Below, in pieces: positions 61,419 through 64,000 of a stretch of DNA of 64,000 nucleotides. How positions within the stretch are numbered: the first letter of the stretch is position 1; each line of letters opens with the position of its first letter. The position numbers and the translations under genes were made by a program. The stretch comes from Pristiophorus japonicus. Lineage: Eukaryota. The notes beneath the pieces were generated by a model, which had not been told where the DNA came from, searched no databases, and saw only the letters and a program-made list of their open reading frames with translations. The stretch is from positions 162,006,001 to 162,070,000 of the forward strand of contig NC_091979.1 in assembly GCF_044704955.1 (NCBI RefSeq), given 5' to 3'.

Positions 61419-64000
61419 CGTTATGTATGTAATAAATCGATAAACTGAATACTGTAAACTAACACAGGTATAAACCTGGTTCTGCTTTATTAGGGCCCAA
61501 AGTGATTACATTACATGATGGCTTGCCTTTTATACCTGGGCCGCACACACGTGCGTACAGCCCAATGACCGCCGACAGTGGCGCCACTTGGTGGCGAGTA
61601 ACCCCAAGCATACATACATGACAATATTCCCCTTTAAAATATTAGTAACAATCTTTTTACAAATTAAGATGGTCCGGGACTTTCCGCTCCCGAGTTGATC
61701 GTCTCAGTTCAACTCCAGCCTTGGGCGAGCGTTCTGAGTCTGCTATGACTGGGGGCTGGGTAGCCGATCTGATGGGAGTGGCAATGATCATGTCAGGGAA
61801 AGTCCAGATCCACTGACGACAGCAGAGTCCTCTGATGACTGAGGGTAGGTTGGTTGGTCACTGATTGTGTCTTCCTCAGACTGTTCTGGTTCATCCATGT
61901 GCCTGCATGTTTGCCCATTCTTAAGCTTGATGATAAACACTCTGTTACCCTTCTTAGCCATAACAGTACCGGTGATCCACTTGGGATATTGACCATAATT
62001 TAGTACATACACAGGATCGTTAACAGGAATGTCACGTGACACAGCAGCGCGATCATGATACCACTGCTGGCGTTGACGTCTGTATTAATGTGATTGTTCA
62101 AGTCAGGGTGGACAAGAGGGAGCTTGGTCTTGAGACCGCTCTTCATCAATAGTTCAGCAGGGGGGACCTCGGTAAGCGTGTGCGGTCTTATCCTGTAACT
62201 AAGCAATGTGCATGACAAGCGAGTCTGCAGTGAACCTTGAGTTACACGTTTCATACTCTGCTTGATGGTTTGGACAGCACACTCTGCTTGACCATTAGAT
62301 GGGGGGTTGAATGGTGCTGACCTCACAAGTTTGATACCATTGAGTTTCATGAACTCTTGAAACTCCAGACTAGTGAAGCAAGGTCCGTTGTCGCTTACAA
62401 CGATGTCGGGCAGACCATGAGTGGCAAACGTGACACAAAGGCTCTCAATGGTAGCTCTGGATGTACTGGATGACATAATTATACACTCTATCCACTTGGA
62501 ATATGCATTCAACACAACTAAAAACATCTTTCCCAGGAAGGGACCGGCAAAGTCGATGTGGATCCTGGACCATGGTTTAGATGGCCACGACCACAGATTC
62601 AGCGGCGATTCCGCTGGTGCTTTACTTAGCTGCATGCAAGTGTTGCACTGATGCACACCTGATTCCAGATCAGAGTCAATTCCAGGCCACCATCCATGAG
62701 ACCTGGCAATGACTTTCATCATGACAATACTGGGATGAGTGCTATGTATATCATGTACAAATTTCTCTCTGCCTTTCTTAGGCATAACAACACGATTACC
62801 CCACAGTAAACAATCTGACTGAATGGATAGTTTGTCTTTGCGACGGTTGTAAGGTTTGGTCTCATGACCCACTTGCTTGGGTATGGCAGACCAATCACCA
62901 CTAAGGATACAACCTCTCACAACCGATTATATCGGGTCTTGGCTAGTCCAGGTCTTAACTTGTTGAGCCGTGACAGGGGTTCCTTCACTTTCAAAAGCAT
63001 CCATAACTAACAGTAGGTCTGCAGGTTGTGGCAGCTCCACCTCCAGTGTGGGCAACAGCAGACGGCTCAGTGCATTGGCACAATTCTCGGTGCCAGGTCT
63101 ATGGCGAATTACATAATCATAAGCAGATAATGTCAGCGCCCACCTCTGGATGCGGGACGATGCATTGGTATTTATACCTTTGTTTTCCGAAAACAATGAA
63201 ATGAGTGGCTTGTGATCTGTTTCGAATTCAAACCAAAAACCAAACAGGTACCGATGCATCTTTTTAACCCCATACACATAGGCTTTTTTCTACCATAGTG
63301 TAGGCGCTTTCCGCCTTTGACAAACTTTTAGAAGCATACGCAACCGGTTGTAGTTTACCCGACTCATTAGCTTGTTAGAGCACGCAACCAACTTCATATG
63401 ACAAAGCATTACAGGCAAATACAAGACTCTTACATGGATCATAATGTACCAGCAGCTTGTTAGAGCAAAGTAGATTAGTAGCTTTCTCAAAAGCTCTATC
63501 TTGAGACGCACCCCAAACCCAGTTGTTGCCTTTTTATAGCAGCATGTGCAGTGGCTCTAATGAAGTGCTCAATCTAGGTAGGAAATTACTGAAGTAGTTG
63601 AGTAGACCAAGGAATGAATGCAGCTCCATCACATTTTTGATGGCGTTGGTTTTCGAGTCCGTAGGCCTGATGCCATCAGCGGCAATTTTCTTCCCCAGGA
63701 ATTCAACTTCCGGTGCCATGAAGACGCACTTCGAACACTTCAGTCTGAGTCCCACTTTGTCTAGATGATGTAGAACCTCTTCCAGGTTGTTCAGATGTTT
63801 GGCGGTGTCACGGCCTGTCACAAACAGTCCTTTATGAGTGTTGATGCACGTAAGTTTCTTTGACGTCTCGACCAGCTCCTGTGTCATGTAGGCCGACATC
63901 AGATCCAGTTTAGTGAACAAATTTCCCCTGCCTAGCGTTGCAAACAAGTCATCAGCCTTCGGTAACGGGTATTGATCCTGTTTCGAAACTTGGTTGATCG
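61419..64000 (-). mobile_element. Gypsy (Mag-like) LTR retrotransposon 4, 3' half; continues beyond the window
   Basis: 3' LTR ~61419-61623 and PPT. Integrase 62000-62920 (HSTH..C..C, HIDFAGP, VSDNGP), RNase H 62927-63277, RT with internal deletion 63534-63947. Confidence 0.93.

Noticed and set aside
1-64000. Prokaryotic defence system, CRISPR array, retron or DGR suggested by the many RT fragments
   Set aside because: Spliceosomal introns, crystallin genes and vertebrate TEs show eukaryotic DNA. All RTs are CR1, RTE, L2-like or Gypsy, and there is no repeat-spacer array.

Overview
Eukaryotic (vertebrate, almost certainly shark or ray) genomic DNA, not prokaryotic. The window is part of a lens gamma-crystallin gene cluster. 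It holds two intact three-exon gamma-crystallin genes on the minus strand (10636-13728 and 58439-59478, 175 aa each) and a decayed exon-3 relic near 26.9-27.1 kb. Most of the rest is nested transposable elements: CR1 LINEs (esterase-type ORF1, APE-RT ORF2), four Mag-like Gypsy LTR retrotransposons, degenerate two-gene PIF/Harbinger transposons and their MITEs, a DeuSINE, and RTE and L2-like fragments. Four observations stand out. (1) At the left edge is a retrovirus-like LTR element with a tRNA-Ser primer site, a splice donor/acceptor pair and a signal-peptide ORF (candidate env), but no recognisable pol. (2) A short head-to-head telomeric array (TTAGGG)6-(TAACCC)2 sits inside a CR1 and looks like two-sided telomerase healing of a break. 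(3) The two crystallin genes show patchwork identity suggesting gene conversion. (4) CTCF-like motifs recur in the LTRs. All calls were made by eye; TE fragment boundaries without TSD/TIR support are approximate.
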